Positions 19,406 through 28,153 of a stretch of 58,545 bases of DNA are shown piece after piece; the first letter of the stretch is position 1, and every line of letters begins with the position of its first letter. The stretch spans positions 1-58,545 of the IMG/VR virus record IMGVR_UViG_3300045988_166695; one strand, given 5' to 3'. Origin of the DNA: a virus. A model generated the notes under the pieces. That model was not told the origin of the DNA, searched no databases, and saw nothing but the letters and a program-made list of their open reading frames with translations. A program made the translations under genes and the position numbers.

Positions 19406-19744
19406 TTAATTAAGATCGCCAATAGAAAGTAAATTGGCACGCTTGAAAGAACGCCAAGATTCACGCTCTGTATCATAGTAAGTAAAAAGCGTATCATTAG
19501 GCTTTCTGCCGCTTTCTTTAGTTTCAGGCAATAAACTCTCTTGCAAACTTCCAAAAGCCTCTCTAATCTCACCAGATACTTTACGATAGTAGAAGCGAAC
19601 AATCTTATTCTTCATTGCCTGTTTGAGCTTGTAATTAGCCCAAGCAACCTTCATTGCTTCGCTCATAGTGTAACCATTCTTTCTCACAAATTGCCAAGCA
19701 AGATTTAAAATCTCTCTTAATGCGTTTCTTAATGATGTTGCCAT
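19406..19744 (-). CDS. Hypothetical protein (DUF2693/WYL_2-like SH3-barrel signature)
   Basis: VRFYYRKVSGEIREAFGSL ... YYDTERESWRSFKRANL. The N-terminal helix module is shared with 54546..54821. Confidence 0.5.
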   Translation of the reverse strand: MATSLRNALREILNLAWQFVRKNGYTMSEAMKVAWANYKLKQAMKNKIVRFYYRKVSGEIREAFGSLQESLLPETKESGRKPNDTLFTYYDTERESWRSFKRANLLSIGDLN

Positions 19745-19917
19745 AATACTTATTATTTTATGTGTTAGTATTCTATTTTATCTTATGTGATAATTTTATA
19801 ATGCAAATATATCACATAAAGCAAATATAAACCAAATAAAAGAACAGTTATTTTTATCCCAAATGATATTTTTAACAATTAATCATATCATATATAGCAA
19901 TTATTGGATTTTATATG

Positions 19918-19925
19918 TATATTTG
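19918..19925 (+). promoter_or_regulatory. Bacteroides-type -7 box TATATTTG for the XRE gene
   Basis: It matches TAnnTTTG and lies 25 nt before the ATG at 19951. TATATTTGCATCATC is identical to the box at 55367..55381 on the minus strand. Confidence 0.45.
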
Positions 19926-19950
19926 CATCATCATAATTAATATATCATAT

Positions 19951-20235
19951 ATGAAATATAGAATTAAGGAGCTTTGCAAGGAAAAAGGCATTACATTGGA
20001 GTCTTTAGCCTTAGGAATTGGAACATCTCAAGCAAGTATTAGCCGAATCATTACGGGTAATGGAAATCCTACAATGGACAGTTTAGAAAGAATAGCTAAA
20101 TTTCTCAATGTTGAAGTACCTGAATTATTCGTCAATGACGGTGTGATGGGATTTATTAAAGCTAAAGGACAATTATTTGAAATAAATTCAATATCGGATA
20201 TTGAAACTACATTAGAGACAATAAAACTATTGTAA
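19951..20235 (+). CDS. XRE-family HTH regulator
   Basis: MKYRIKELCKEKGITLESLALGIGTSQASISRIITGNGNPTMDSLERIAKFLNV. Confidence 0.8.
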   Translation: MKYRIKELCKEKGITLESLALGIGTSQASISRIITGNGNPTMDSLERIAKFLNVEVPELFVNDGVMGFIKAKGQLFEINSISDIETTLETIKLL

Positions 20236-20388
20236 CTGTTTGCCCCATTTTCGGTACTAAATTCAAACTAAAGTAAAAAGAGGACTAAAAGCGGATGAAT
20301 TTGAGTACAAAGGAGTAGTTTACACAATAAAATCACGTGCTGACTTGGAAAATCTGCTTAAAATAATTGATTAGTTAAAAATAGTATC

Positions 20389-20396
20389 TATATTTG
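20389..20396 (+). promoter_or_regulatory. Bacteroides-type -7 box TATATTTG
   Basis: It lies 30 nt upstream of the ATG at 20427. Confidence 0.35.
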
Positions 20397-20426
20397 TGTA
20401 GTATTTAACCTTTTAACACACATAAT

Positions 20427-21017
20427 ATGAGAAAGAATCTATCCACATTAGCCATATTGCTAATTATTCTTTTTTCCTGCAAGAGTGAGGAAGAAAATAA
20501 TTTAACTAAAATGAGAGATGCCATTATTAAAGAATTTAATGATAATGCATTTAAAAACAATGCAACATTAGATATTCTTGAATATTCTTATGAAAGTTAT
20601 AGCATAAAAGACGAGAATTATCTTGACACAATAAGACGAAACATAAATCTTGATAAAATAGAGCGATTTAATAAAATGATGAGAGCACAAATAGAACTTA
20701 TGAAACCTTTATCACAACAAGTAAGGTTATATAGAGAGATGTTTGGAGCAAATGACAATATTACACAAATTAAGATTGAGGACTTAAAAGAGGAGCAAGA
20801 GAAATTCCAGCAATATAGCGATTCTATAAAATACTATTTTGAGCAAGATAGTTTGATTGAACTAAGAATTAGCCAAAGGACAGATGCTAAATCTATTTTT
20901 CGTTATAAAGCATATATCAAAGCTGTGTTAAAAGACAACAATTCAAATAAGACTGAAAACTTTGCAGATACAATATATAAAATATTCGACGACAAGTTAA
21001 ACATTATTACATATTAA
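20427..21017 (+). CDS. Lipoprotein, unknown function (cargo)
   Basis: MRKNLSTLAILLIILFSC is a lipobox signal. Confidence 0.65.
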   Translation: MRKNLSTLAILLIILFSCKSEEENNLTKMRDAIIKEFNDNAFKNNATLDILEYSYESYSIKDENYLDTIRRNINLDKIERFNKMMRAQIELMKPLSQQVRLYREMFGANDNITQIKIEDLKEEQEKFQQYSDSIKYYFEQDSLIELRISQRTDAKSIFRYKAYIKAVLKDNNSNKTENFADTIYKIFDDKLNIITY

Positions 21018-21376
21018 CATTCATTAATGCGTCACTATCACCTGCCCCAACTGTGAGAAGAAATTTAAGATGGAGGAATAACCCTATAAATAACAACACT
21101 TTCTTCATATTTTGGCAATGTTACAAGGACATTTACTTCATTTAATGCTGGCGTAAAATCAGCAACAAAAGGGAGTGCCACAAAATATCCATTAAATTTC
21201 TTCTATATTTATATTGGCAATACGATGTATCATCAAATACTTCATAATAGCTCGACACAAGTCCCAACCATTGGAGGCTGGACAACAGATTATAATGAAG
21301 TAAAATGTTGGAAACTGTCGTTTTCTCCTAACGGTATCATTAGTGATTTCGAGAATGTTGACTTATAAAACAGCAA

Positions 21377-21405
21377 CCCCGTTCCTTCTGGTTCGGGGCT
21401 TTTTA
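21377..21405 (+). terminator. Hairpin + T-run
   Basis: CCCCG/CGGGG stem followed by CTTTTTATT. Confidence 0.4.
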
Positions 21406-21654
21406 TTGTTCACATAACTAAGTGCCGGTTCTCTCTCAACTCTCAGAAAGCGTATAAATAGGATATGTCCCTTCACACGCTTTTGGAGCCGGTTCACATA
21501 AGAAGTTCCGGCATCTTCTGAACCTTCCTCTTATTAGTTCTGTTCTATATGATAATAGATGTGATTTAGCTGATAGTCATGTTGATATTGGTTAAAAAGC
21601 TCGTTTTGATGGTAAATTTAGTGGTGATTTAGTGTGAGATACTGACTGATTTAC

Positions 21655-21662
21655 TATATTTG
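21655..21662 (+). promoter_or_regulatory. Bacteroides-type -7 box TATATTTG upstream of the HEPN/SecB-like cassette
   Basis: It matches TAnnTTTG and lies 41 nt before the ATG at 21704. Confidence 0.4.
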
Positions 21663-21703
21663 CACCATCGAAACGCATAAAAACATAACCTAAAAAATAT
21701 ATA

Positions 21704-21892
21704 ATGGCACGTCCAATACAAAATACTCCAACTTTAGAGGGGGAAGATGCTAAAAGATTTAGGTTGGACCTTTTACGATCTTTCATAAAGACACTCACGC
21801 CTGAAGAAAAACAGCTAAGAGAAAAAGAAATGGAAGAGATGGAAAGAAACTATAATCTATTAGTTGAGATTTCAGGTGGATCATTCTATTAA
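21704..21892 (+). CDS. Small protein (62 aa), first gene of the cassette; possible antitoxin or regulator
   Basis: MARPIQNTPTLEGEDAKRFRLDLLRS.. with a charged helical C-terminus. No family assigned. Confidence 0.5.
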   Translation: MARPIQNTPTLEGEDAKRFRLDLLRSFIKTLTPEEKQLREKEMEEMERNYNLLVEISGGSFY

Positions 21893-21918
21893 TTTTTTGA
21901 GCTATTTTAATTTGATTA

Positions 21919-22332
21919 ATGGATAAATTGAAAGATAAATCCGACTTAAACATTAGTGCAGCAGAATTTATGTTAGAAAAAAACATGTATTGTTCTGTAT
22001 GTCATCCTGCATATTATAGTTGCTTACAACTAATGAAGTATTATATAAAAAATAAGTTGGATATTGATTATGAGAAACAAGCTACAGATACAAGTAGTAC
22101 ATATCATGGAGATTCACATAGATATATAATTACTATTATTAGACAAAAACTAAAGGAATCAATTAATAAGGAGATTGCAAGAGTATTTGATTCACAGATT
22201 AAAGACCTGAAAAATTGGAGGATAACATCCGACTATTCCCATGAAGATGTTAATCGAGACCAATGTATTGATGCTATACGCATAGCTAAAGAAATAAGAA
22301 AGACAATTACCAATAATATAAAAAAACAATAA
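21919..22332 (+). CDS. HEPN-domain protein (toxin/RNase candidate)
   Basis: All-helical 137 aa with R101-ITSDY-S-H108, which fits both the Rx6H and RxxxDY patterns, near the C-terminus. Confidence 0.65.
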   Translation: MDKLKDKSDLNISAAEFMLEKNMYCSVCHPAYYSCLQLMKYYIKNKLDIDYEKQATDTSSTYHGDSHRYIITIIRQKLKESINKEIARVFDSQIKDLKNWRITSDYSHEDVNRDQCIDAIRIAKEIRKTITNNIKKQ

Positions 22333-22334
22333 AA

Positions 22335-22700
22335 ATGGATGCTTTAGATTTTATTCGCAATTTCTTAATAGAAATAAACTCTAAGTTTCCTATGATGAAA
22401 TTTAGATGTGAGTATAAAGGATTGTCTTCTATGTATGTTGTAGAAACATTACCAATAGAAGATTATAAGAATAATCATGAATATGCGGAAATGGAATATG
22501 ACTTTATAGAAGAATTTGAGCGTATTTATCTAGACAACATGATAATGTTCGTTTCTGAAGAATCCTTAACCAAAGTAACCAATCCTATTTTAGAAGTAGG
22601 ATATGATAATCCTGTACGATACGAAGATAATAAGAAGGAAGTGTTTAATATACCTTTAGATTGCTGGGTACAAGAAGGGAGTTACGTTTTAGCAGCATAG
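22335..22700 (+). CDS. Acidic hypothetical protein (antitoxin candidate)
   Basis: 121 aa, rich in D/E, with no nucleotidyltransferase GSx..DxD motif. It has a 2-nt gap after the HEPN gene and a 3-nt gap before the SecB-like gene. Confidence 0.5.
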   Translation: MDALDFIRNFLIEINSKFPMMKFRCEYKGLSSMYVVETLPIEDYKNNHEYAEMEYDFIEEFERIYLDNMIMFVSEESLTKVTNPILEVGYDNPVRYEDNKKEVFNIPLDCWVQEGSYVLAA

Positions 22701-22703
22701 AAT

Positions 22704-23123
22704 ATGGAAGAAGTTTATAAATCAGATTTTAGATTAGACAATTATCTAATAAAAGAGTCTTCATTAAAAATAAAAGGCGAAATAGGCAAAGATAATACCT
22801 TATCTATCAGTATTAATCCTAGCGGAATAAAGAGGAAAGACAAATTTACTTTAACGATAGAGCTGGAGGTTAAAGATAAAGAAGGACTTTTTCACGCAAA
22901 GTTAATAATAGATGCTTATTTTCTATTTAGAGAGAGTATTCCTATGGAAAGATTAGGAGCATTTTTTACTATGAATGCTCCTGCAATTATATTTCCTTAT
23001 ATACGAGGGTATATTTCAATGTTGACATCCTTATCCGGATGTGGTACCGTATTACTTCCGACTTTAAATCTGACAGATTTAGGCAAAGAACTTGCTCAGA
23101 ATATAAAAGAGGTAAAAGAGTAA
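22704..23123 (+). CDS. SecB-like chaperone
   Basis: NAPAIIFPYIRGYISMLTSLSGCGTVLLPTLNL compares with E. coli SecB [32 protein letters not shown]. The N-terminal strands also align. Confidence 0.8.
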   Translation: MEEVYKSDFRLDNYLIKESSLKIKGEIGKDNTLSISINPSGIKRKDKFTLTIELEVKDKEGLFHAKLIIDAYFLFRESIPMERLGAFFTMNAPAIIFPYIRGYISMLTSLSGCGTVLLPTLNLTDLGKELAQNIKEVKE

Positions 23124-23375
23124 ATGGAAGAAAAATATAGCCTTTCAAACATAACAGAATTGATCAACTGGGGAAAGCAATTGCTTGTATCGGGAAAGTA
23201 TCCTAATGTAGTCCAATTGGATAAAGCCTCCAAGATCGTAGATTGCAAATTCTATATTGAGTCTATGACAATGATGATTGGGGCCCAATGGGAGAACCCG
23301 ACATATTACCCATGTATTGATCAGTTTTACAGATTTAGGGAAATAGTTGAAGAAATGGATAAGGCAGCCGAGTGA
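23124..23375 (+). CDS. Hypothetical protein (83 aa), last gene of the cassette
   Basis: Its start abuts the stop of the SecB-like gene. Confidence 0.5.
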   Translation: MEEKYSLSNITELINWGKQLLVSGKYPNVVQLDKASKIVDCKFYIESMTMMIGAQWENPTYYPCIDQFYRFREIVEEMDKAAE

Positions 23376-23386
23376 GCTGCCTTTTT
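23363..23386 (+). terminator. Intrinsic terminator of the cassette
   Basis: GGCAGC/GCTGCC stem followed by TTTTT. The stop codon lies in the loop. Confidence 0.6.
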
Positions 23387-23467
23387 GTTCCATTTTTCAT
23401 GTAGTAAAATTATAACCCCCGTGATTTTTCTGACCAATCACTGAAATTTAGTTCTATTTTTAAGATT

Positions 23468-26400
23468 CTACAGATTTCTTGTATTTCGTTTAATCTCTGC
23501 AATATCATTAGCCATATTCTTAATAGGCTTAACCATAGCCGACGTATCATCATGTATCCCCTGCAGTTCCATATACGATTGGACTATGAAGTTCCTGCTT
23601 TCGTCCGCAATATCCCGCACGTTAACATGAATAGCAAGTATCTGTGAAGCTGTAGCATTTGCCAGATTAAGCGCTCTGGTCTGTTCTATAGTTTGATTCT
23701 TGATCTCCTCCCCCGCCATCTGCAATGCAGTGAAACGTCCGTTCAGTTCTTCTCCGGTATCTTGAGACATGGTCTCAAATCCTCTTTTTGTAGAATCTTG
23801 TGAAGTGGAAGTACCGGAATTCCAACCAAAAACTTTAGATAGACTTTCACGTTCTGCAATCATACCTTCAGTTATTGTGTTCTGAAGTTCTCTTAATTTG
23901 GCAACTTCCTCTTCTGAATACTTCTGATCTTTCCCATACTCCACCCAATCATTATATAATTTTTCAATATCAGTCTTGTATTTATTGGCGACAATAGACG
24001 CCAGAATAGATTTTCTCAAATATTCTTCAAAATTATTAGCAAAGTCTCTGGCTGAATTGTCCATATTCGCTAATTGGTCAATAAAACCATCGTAAAAACT
24101 ATCAAAAGAGACACCTGTAATAGCCTCACTTAAACTTTCTATGATACTTTTCCCTTCTTCTGCTGCTTTTATTATCTCTTCTAAGGCTTGTTTTTGCTCT
24201 TCAGGAATAGTTGCCCATAATTCTACATTTTGTTCCTTTAAATCGGCAAGTTCTTTAGATGTTAATTTTGTCAAAATACTGGTATTAGCAAGCCATGTCT
24301 TAGCATAATCAGCCAAATCTTCTCGCTCAATACCCTTGAATGCATCTACCCACTCTTTTCTTAAATCTCCAAACGTATTACTGTAAAATCCTCGAGTAGG
24401 ACTGGCAATTACAATGTTTTTTAAATTCTGTATTTTTTTCTCTAAAACATCCATAGCTTTAGTTGCCTCAGAAATAGAAGAGAAACCACCACCAAAAACG
24501 ATCTCCCCTTTCGCTTTATCAATAATATCTCCATATACCTTATTGATTGAGTTTAGATATTCTAAGTATCTTCTTCTCTCTTCTTCCTTATTTCCTCCAA
24601 ACAGATTTGCTATTTTAGTCGCAATCTTTAATGCCCCCCCGATAACCGTAAGAATTACTGAAGCACGTTCTACACTTAGGATAGAAGTGTTTGCCACTTC
24701 TGATGTTTCAGATATAGCTTTGGCTGAATTATCTGTAAGTGTTACTATTCCATCCACCATTTGAAGAGTTGAAGAGGTTATTTCACCAGCAGCCGATATT
24801 ATTTTCCCCATGGTGCCTCCTATTTCATCACCAATTTCACCAAATTCTTTTTCTACTTTTGAAAGAGTTCGATATAACTCTTGCCACTCTTTATTACTAC
24901 GTTTATCGGGAGAAGTTTTTATTCTTTGAGATTTCTTGTTAATAGCATCTATTAATGTAAGAATCTTAGTTCTTTGTCCCGCCAATTGAGGAGAATTAGG
25001 ATTTAAGAATTCCATTCTCTGCAACTCCTGCTCCGCTTTCACCAATAGCTCTCGTAACTGCTCTAAACTAAGATTAGTTACACTGTCAGCCCATGATTTA
25101 AAGGAATCTTCACGCATGGCAAATTCCTTATCAATAGACATTAAAGCCTCTTTTTCTTGATACCTAAGCTCATCTTGTTTTTCTTTACTTGCTCCTGATG
25201 CGGATAAGATATCCCGATCAGATTGAAATTTTTTTTGTATGGCCAATCTTTTTTCTACATATCCTTGATATTTAGATAGCACACCTTCATAATATTGTGA
25301 AATTTCCCATGATTGCTTTTGGTATGCCAAAGAATACTCTTCGTCAAACTGCTTTCTTTGTTCTGGCGTCAACGAAATGATAGTAGGAATAAACTGTAAG
25401 TTTTTCTTTTGATAATCCGGATTCTTCTTTTCCCATTGTTTTCTCTCTTCATCTTGTAACTTTTGAAGCAGTTCACGTTCTTCTTTTTGAATCTCCTGAT
25501 AGCGTTTATCATAATTAAGCCGAATTTGAGCCAGTTGTTTATCACTGCCTTCTTTCATCAAATCTATTTGCTGTTGACGAATCTCTAACTCTGATTTAAT
25601 AATTGAGTCCTTTATAGCCTGAGAAGATTTTTGTATCTCTTGGGATTGAGCATAAGAATCAATGTATTTAGTTTTTTCCTTCTTTCCGGTAATAGCGTCT
25701 AATTTAGATTGTTCAGCTTTTATTTCAGCCTCTATACGCTTATAATCTTTCGGATCTGTCACCTTTTTCAATGCCTGTTGTTTTAGGCTTATGGCAGCCT
25801 CTATAGCTTCCACAGACCCTTCTATTAAAGAATTGATAATATTTCCACCCGCCTCTATGATTTTCTTATTACCTTCTGTTTCAAATCCTAATGCGCTCTT
25901 TATTAAATTAGACATATTCTGTTCGTAATCTTTAGCTTCAGATTTTATTTTTTTTATTCTTTCTTGAAACATCTCTTCTTCCGTTACTTTTTCACTTTGA
26001 GGAAGAATCGTTAAAGGAATATTTATCAAAGTGCTTTTTATTTTATCTAACCAATTTCGACCTTTACTTTCAGCAACTTCTGCATCAAACATCTTTTGAA
26101 TAGCTTTCGTATATTCTTGGGAAGCTAAATCCATTGTTGCCGCCGCTTTAGCTTTATCAAGCATTCCTTGTATAAAGGCCTCTTTATTATTTATAAGTAA
26201 ATTTTCAGCATCAGAAACATTAGTTATAGATTGTCCCATGCTATTAAATGCATCTTTATTATCTAAAATATATTTCTTTTGAGCATTTATATCATTACCT
26301 AATTGTTTCCATCCTTCAGACAACTTCTCCAATGTTATTATGGAAGATACAGAGCTTTCCCCCACTTTTTTTTGAAACTCTTCTGACGTCCGAAATGTAT

Positions 26401-27562
26401 CTGATAATGCGTTCTTAGCTTTAAATAATCCTGCGACCCAATCAGCAATATCTTTCCCATATATAGAAAGCAATGAAATACCAACAACCAAGGCTGATTG
26501 CCATGAAAGCAAGGATTTTGTCAATTGTTTCCATACAGGAGCAACCTCTTTCACGTCTTTATTCCCAGAAGCAATAGAAGCTTTAAACGCTTTGTATTCT
26601 GCATTTGCCTTTTTTATTTCATCGGCAAGCATGGGTAAGTTATTTGATATGGCCAAGAAAAACGTATTAAGACTAATGGCCAGTGAAGGCATTTCACGCA
26701 CAACCTGTTGGAAAGAGTTCTGTAAACCATTCCAGGACGATCCATAGTTACCTACATTCCTCTGATAATTTCCAATTGTTGCATCTAATTCCTTAAGTTT
26801 AACATCCAATTTTTGGATATCAACAATCAAATTCTTACCAAACTCAGAATTACGTTCCTCTTCTGTAAGAGAACGATATACCATGCGCATCCTTCCTAAA
26901 GTCTGAGACATTCCATCCATAGAGGTAGATGCAGCCAAGAACTCTTTAGTTTCGTTCTTAAGAATCTGATTTAATCGAGAAAGAGATTGTTTGTGTTCAT
27001 TTTCTTGAATTATCAATTTTTCTCTAATCCTTAAGGCATCTTCTTTTGAGATATTTCCAGTTTTAACTTGTTCATCAAGCTTTTTATATTCAGCCTTTAA
27101 ACCAGAAAGTGAATTCAATTCTTTTATAATGGCACGTGCATTTTCTTCCCTCGTTCCAATGATTCTATTAATAGAATCAATGGCTTCAGCATAAGTCCTC
27201 GCCTGCTCTGATAGTGCTCTTCCTTCCGTATTACCTCCTCGTGCGGCTTTTTCCTCAGCTTCTTGATATGCTTTAGTTAACCTACGTATTTCCTCAACTT
27301 GCTGGTTTATAACATCCTTAGCTGCTTTTGCCTGATCATACTGTTCCTGTTTGAGTTTTCTGATTTCTTCCATGTACTCCTTGATCTGCACTCTGGCTTC
27401 CTTATACTCTTCAAACGGTATATTGATAGACGGGTCCTTCGCATCCATCGTGGACATAACAGTTCTCAACTCCTGAATCCTCTCTTTGAGGACTGATATC
27501 TTTTTAATAAGCGCGTCGATCTTAGAATCATTGACGCTTGCATCTATTTTAAGCTTTGCCAT
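23468..27562 (-). CDS. Tape measure protein
   Basis: 1364 aa, mostly coiled coil with central hydrophobic segments. It follows the G/GT chaperone pair. Confidence 0.9.
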   Translation of the reverse strand: MAKLKIDASVNDSKIDALIKKISVLKERIQELRTVMSTMDAKDPSINIPFEEYKEARVQIKEYMEEIRKLKQEQYDQAKAAKDVINQQVEEIRRLTKAYQEAEEKAARGGNTEGRALSEQARTYAEAIDSINRIIGTREENARAIIKELNSLSGLKAEYKKLDEQVKTGNISKEDALRIREKLIIQENEHKQSLSRLNQILKNETKEFLAASTSMDGMSQTLGRMRMVYRSLTEEERNSEFGKNLIVDIQKLDVKLKELDATIGNYQRNVGNYGSSWNGLQNSFQQVVREMPSLAISLNTFFLAISNNLPMLADEIKKANAEYKAFKASIASGNKDVKEVAPVWKQLTKSLLSWQSALVVGISLLSIYGKDIADWVAGLFKAKNALSDTFRTSEEFQKKVGESSVSSIITLEKLSEGWKQLGNDINAQKKYILDNKDAFNSMGQSITNVSDAENLLINNKEAFIQGMLDKAKAAATMDLASQEYTKAIQKMFDAEVAESKGRNWLDKIKSTLINIPLTILPQSEKVTEEEMFQERIKKIKSEAKDYEQNMSNLIKSALGFETEGNKKIIEAGGNIINSLIEGSVEAIEAAISLKQQALKKVTDPKDYKRIEAEIKAEQSKLDAITGKKEKTKYIDSYAQSQEIQKSSQAIKDSIIKSELEIRQQQIDLMKEGSDKQLAQIRLNYDKRYQEIQKEERELLQKLQDEERKQWEKKNPDYQKKNLQFIPTIISLTPEQRKQFDEEYSLAYQKQSWEISQYYEGVLSKYQGYVEKRLAIQKKFQSDRDILSASGASKEKQDELRYQEKEALMSIDKEFAMREDSFKSWADSVTNLSLEQLRELLVKAEQELQRMEFLNPNSPQLAGQRTKILTLIDAINKKSQRIKTSPDKRSNKEWQELYRTLSKVEKEFGEIGDEIGGTMGKIISAAGEITSSTLQMVDGIVTLTDNSAKAISETSEVANTSILSVERASVILTVIGGALKIATKIANLFGGNKEEERRRYLEYLNSINKVYGDIIDKAKGEIVFGGGFSSISEATKAMDVLEKKIQNLKNIVIASPTRGFYSNTFGDLRKEWVDAFKGIEREDLADYAKTWLANTSILTKLTSKELADLKEQNVELWATIPEEQKQALEEIIKAAEEGKSIIESLSEAITGVSFDSFYDGFIDQLANMDNSARDFANNFEEYLRKSILASIVANKYKTDIEKLYNDWVEYGKDQKYSEEEVAKLRELQNTITEGMIAERESLSKVFGWNSGTSTSQDSTKRGFETMSQDTGEELNGRFTALQMAGEEIKNQTIEQTRALNLANATASQILAIHVNVRDIADESRNFIVQSYMELQGIHDDTSAMVKPIKNMANDIAEIKRNTRNL

Positions 27563-28153
27563 TATTTCTCCTCCTTCTTTTAGCCATATCCTTACCTGAT
27601 CCTTTCACAATCTTCTCTCCGTGTACGTTATGGAGCTTATCCTTTTGCATTATCATCAGATTGCGATATGGAATTTTATAAACTACTTCTTCATAAGACA
27701 GATGCAGATTTTCAATGAACGTTGCAATCTGTCCCAGCATGGTATTATTGCCGGCTACTTCGGAGTTGCTGCCAGCCGAGCTACGTTCTTGGCTAAAGCT
27801 AACAGCGTTGTAAAACCCTCTGTAGATATCAAAGATATACACTCGGAAAGGGCGTTTATATTCTCCTCAAGCGTTCCTTTTGCCAAATCTTCATATAGCC
27901 TTTCATCTCCTGTAATAAAAGCAGATACGGCCTTAGAACAAAGTTCAGGAGCATCTTTTAAGGCAATCAGAACCTCTTTTAAATTCTCACCATCTTCCAA
28001 TCCTATTCTTGAAAGATATCCTATTGCCTTTGATATCTTGTGTATGGTAGGAGGATATACAGTGTACATAATATCGGCTACAACCACTATTTTACAGTCG
28101 CTACCGGTAATTGCTTCAGATATAAGTTGTGCTGCTTTATTCATCTCATCCAA
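27549..28153 (-). CDS. Tail assembly chaperone G-T fusion made by a programmed -1 frameshift
   Basis: ORF 27549..27842 is in the -1 frame relative to 27755..28153. The slippery heptamer lies inside the window where both frames are open. Confidence 0.6.
27755..28153 (-). CDS. Tail assembly chaperone (G-like)
   Basis: 132-aa ORF between the major tail and tape measure genes. It overlaps a -1-frame ORF. Confidence 0.7.
   Translation of the reverse strand: MDEMNKAAQLISEAITGSDCKIVVVADIMYTVYPPTIHKISKAIGYLSRIGLEDGENLKEVLIALKDAPELCSKAVSAFITGDERLYEDLAKGTLEENINALSECISLISTEGFTTLLALAKNVARLAATPK
27812..27818 (-). other. Slippery heptamer G GGU UUU
   Basis: The minus strand reads gaG GGT TTT aca in the 0 frame, which fits the X XXY YYZ pattern. 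Confidence 0.6.
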
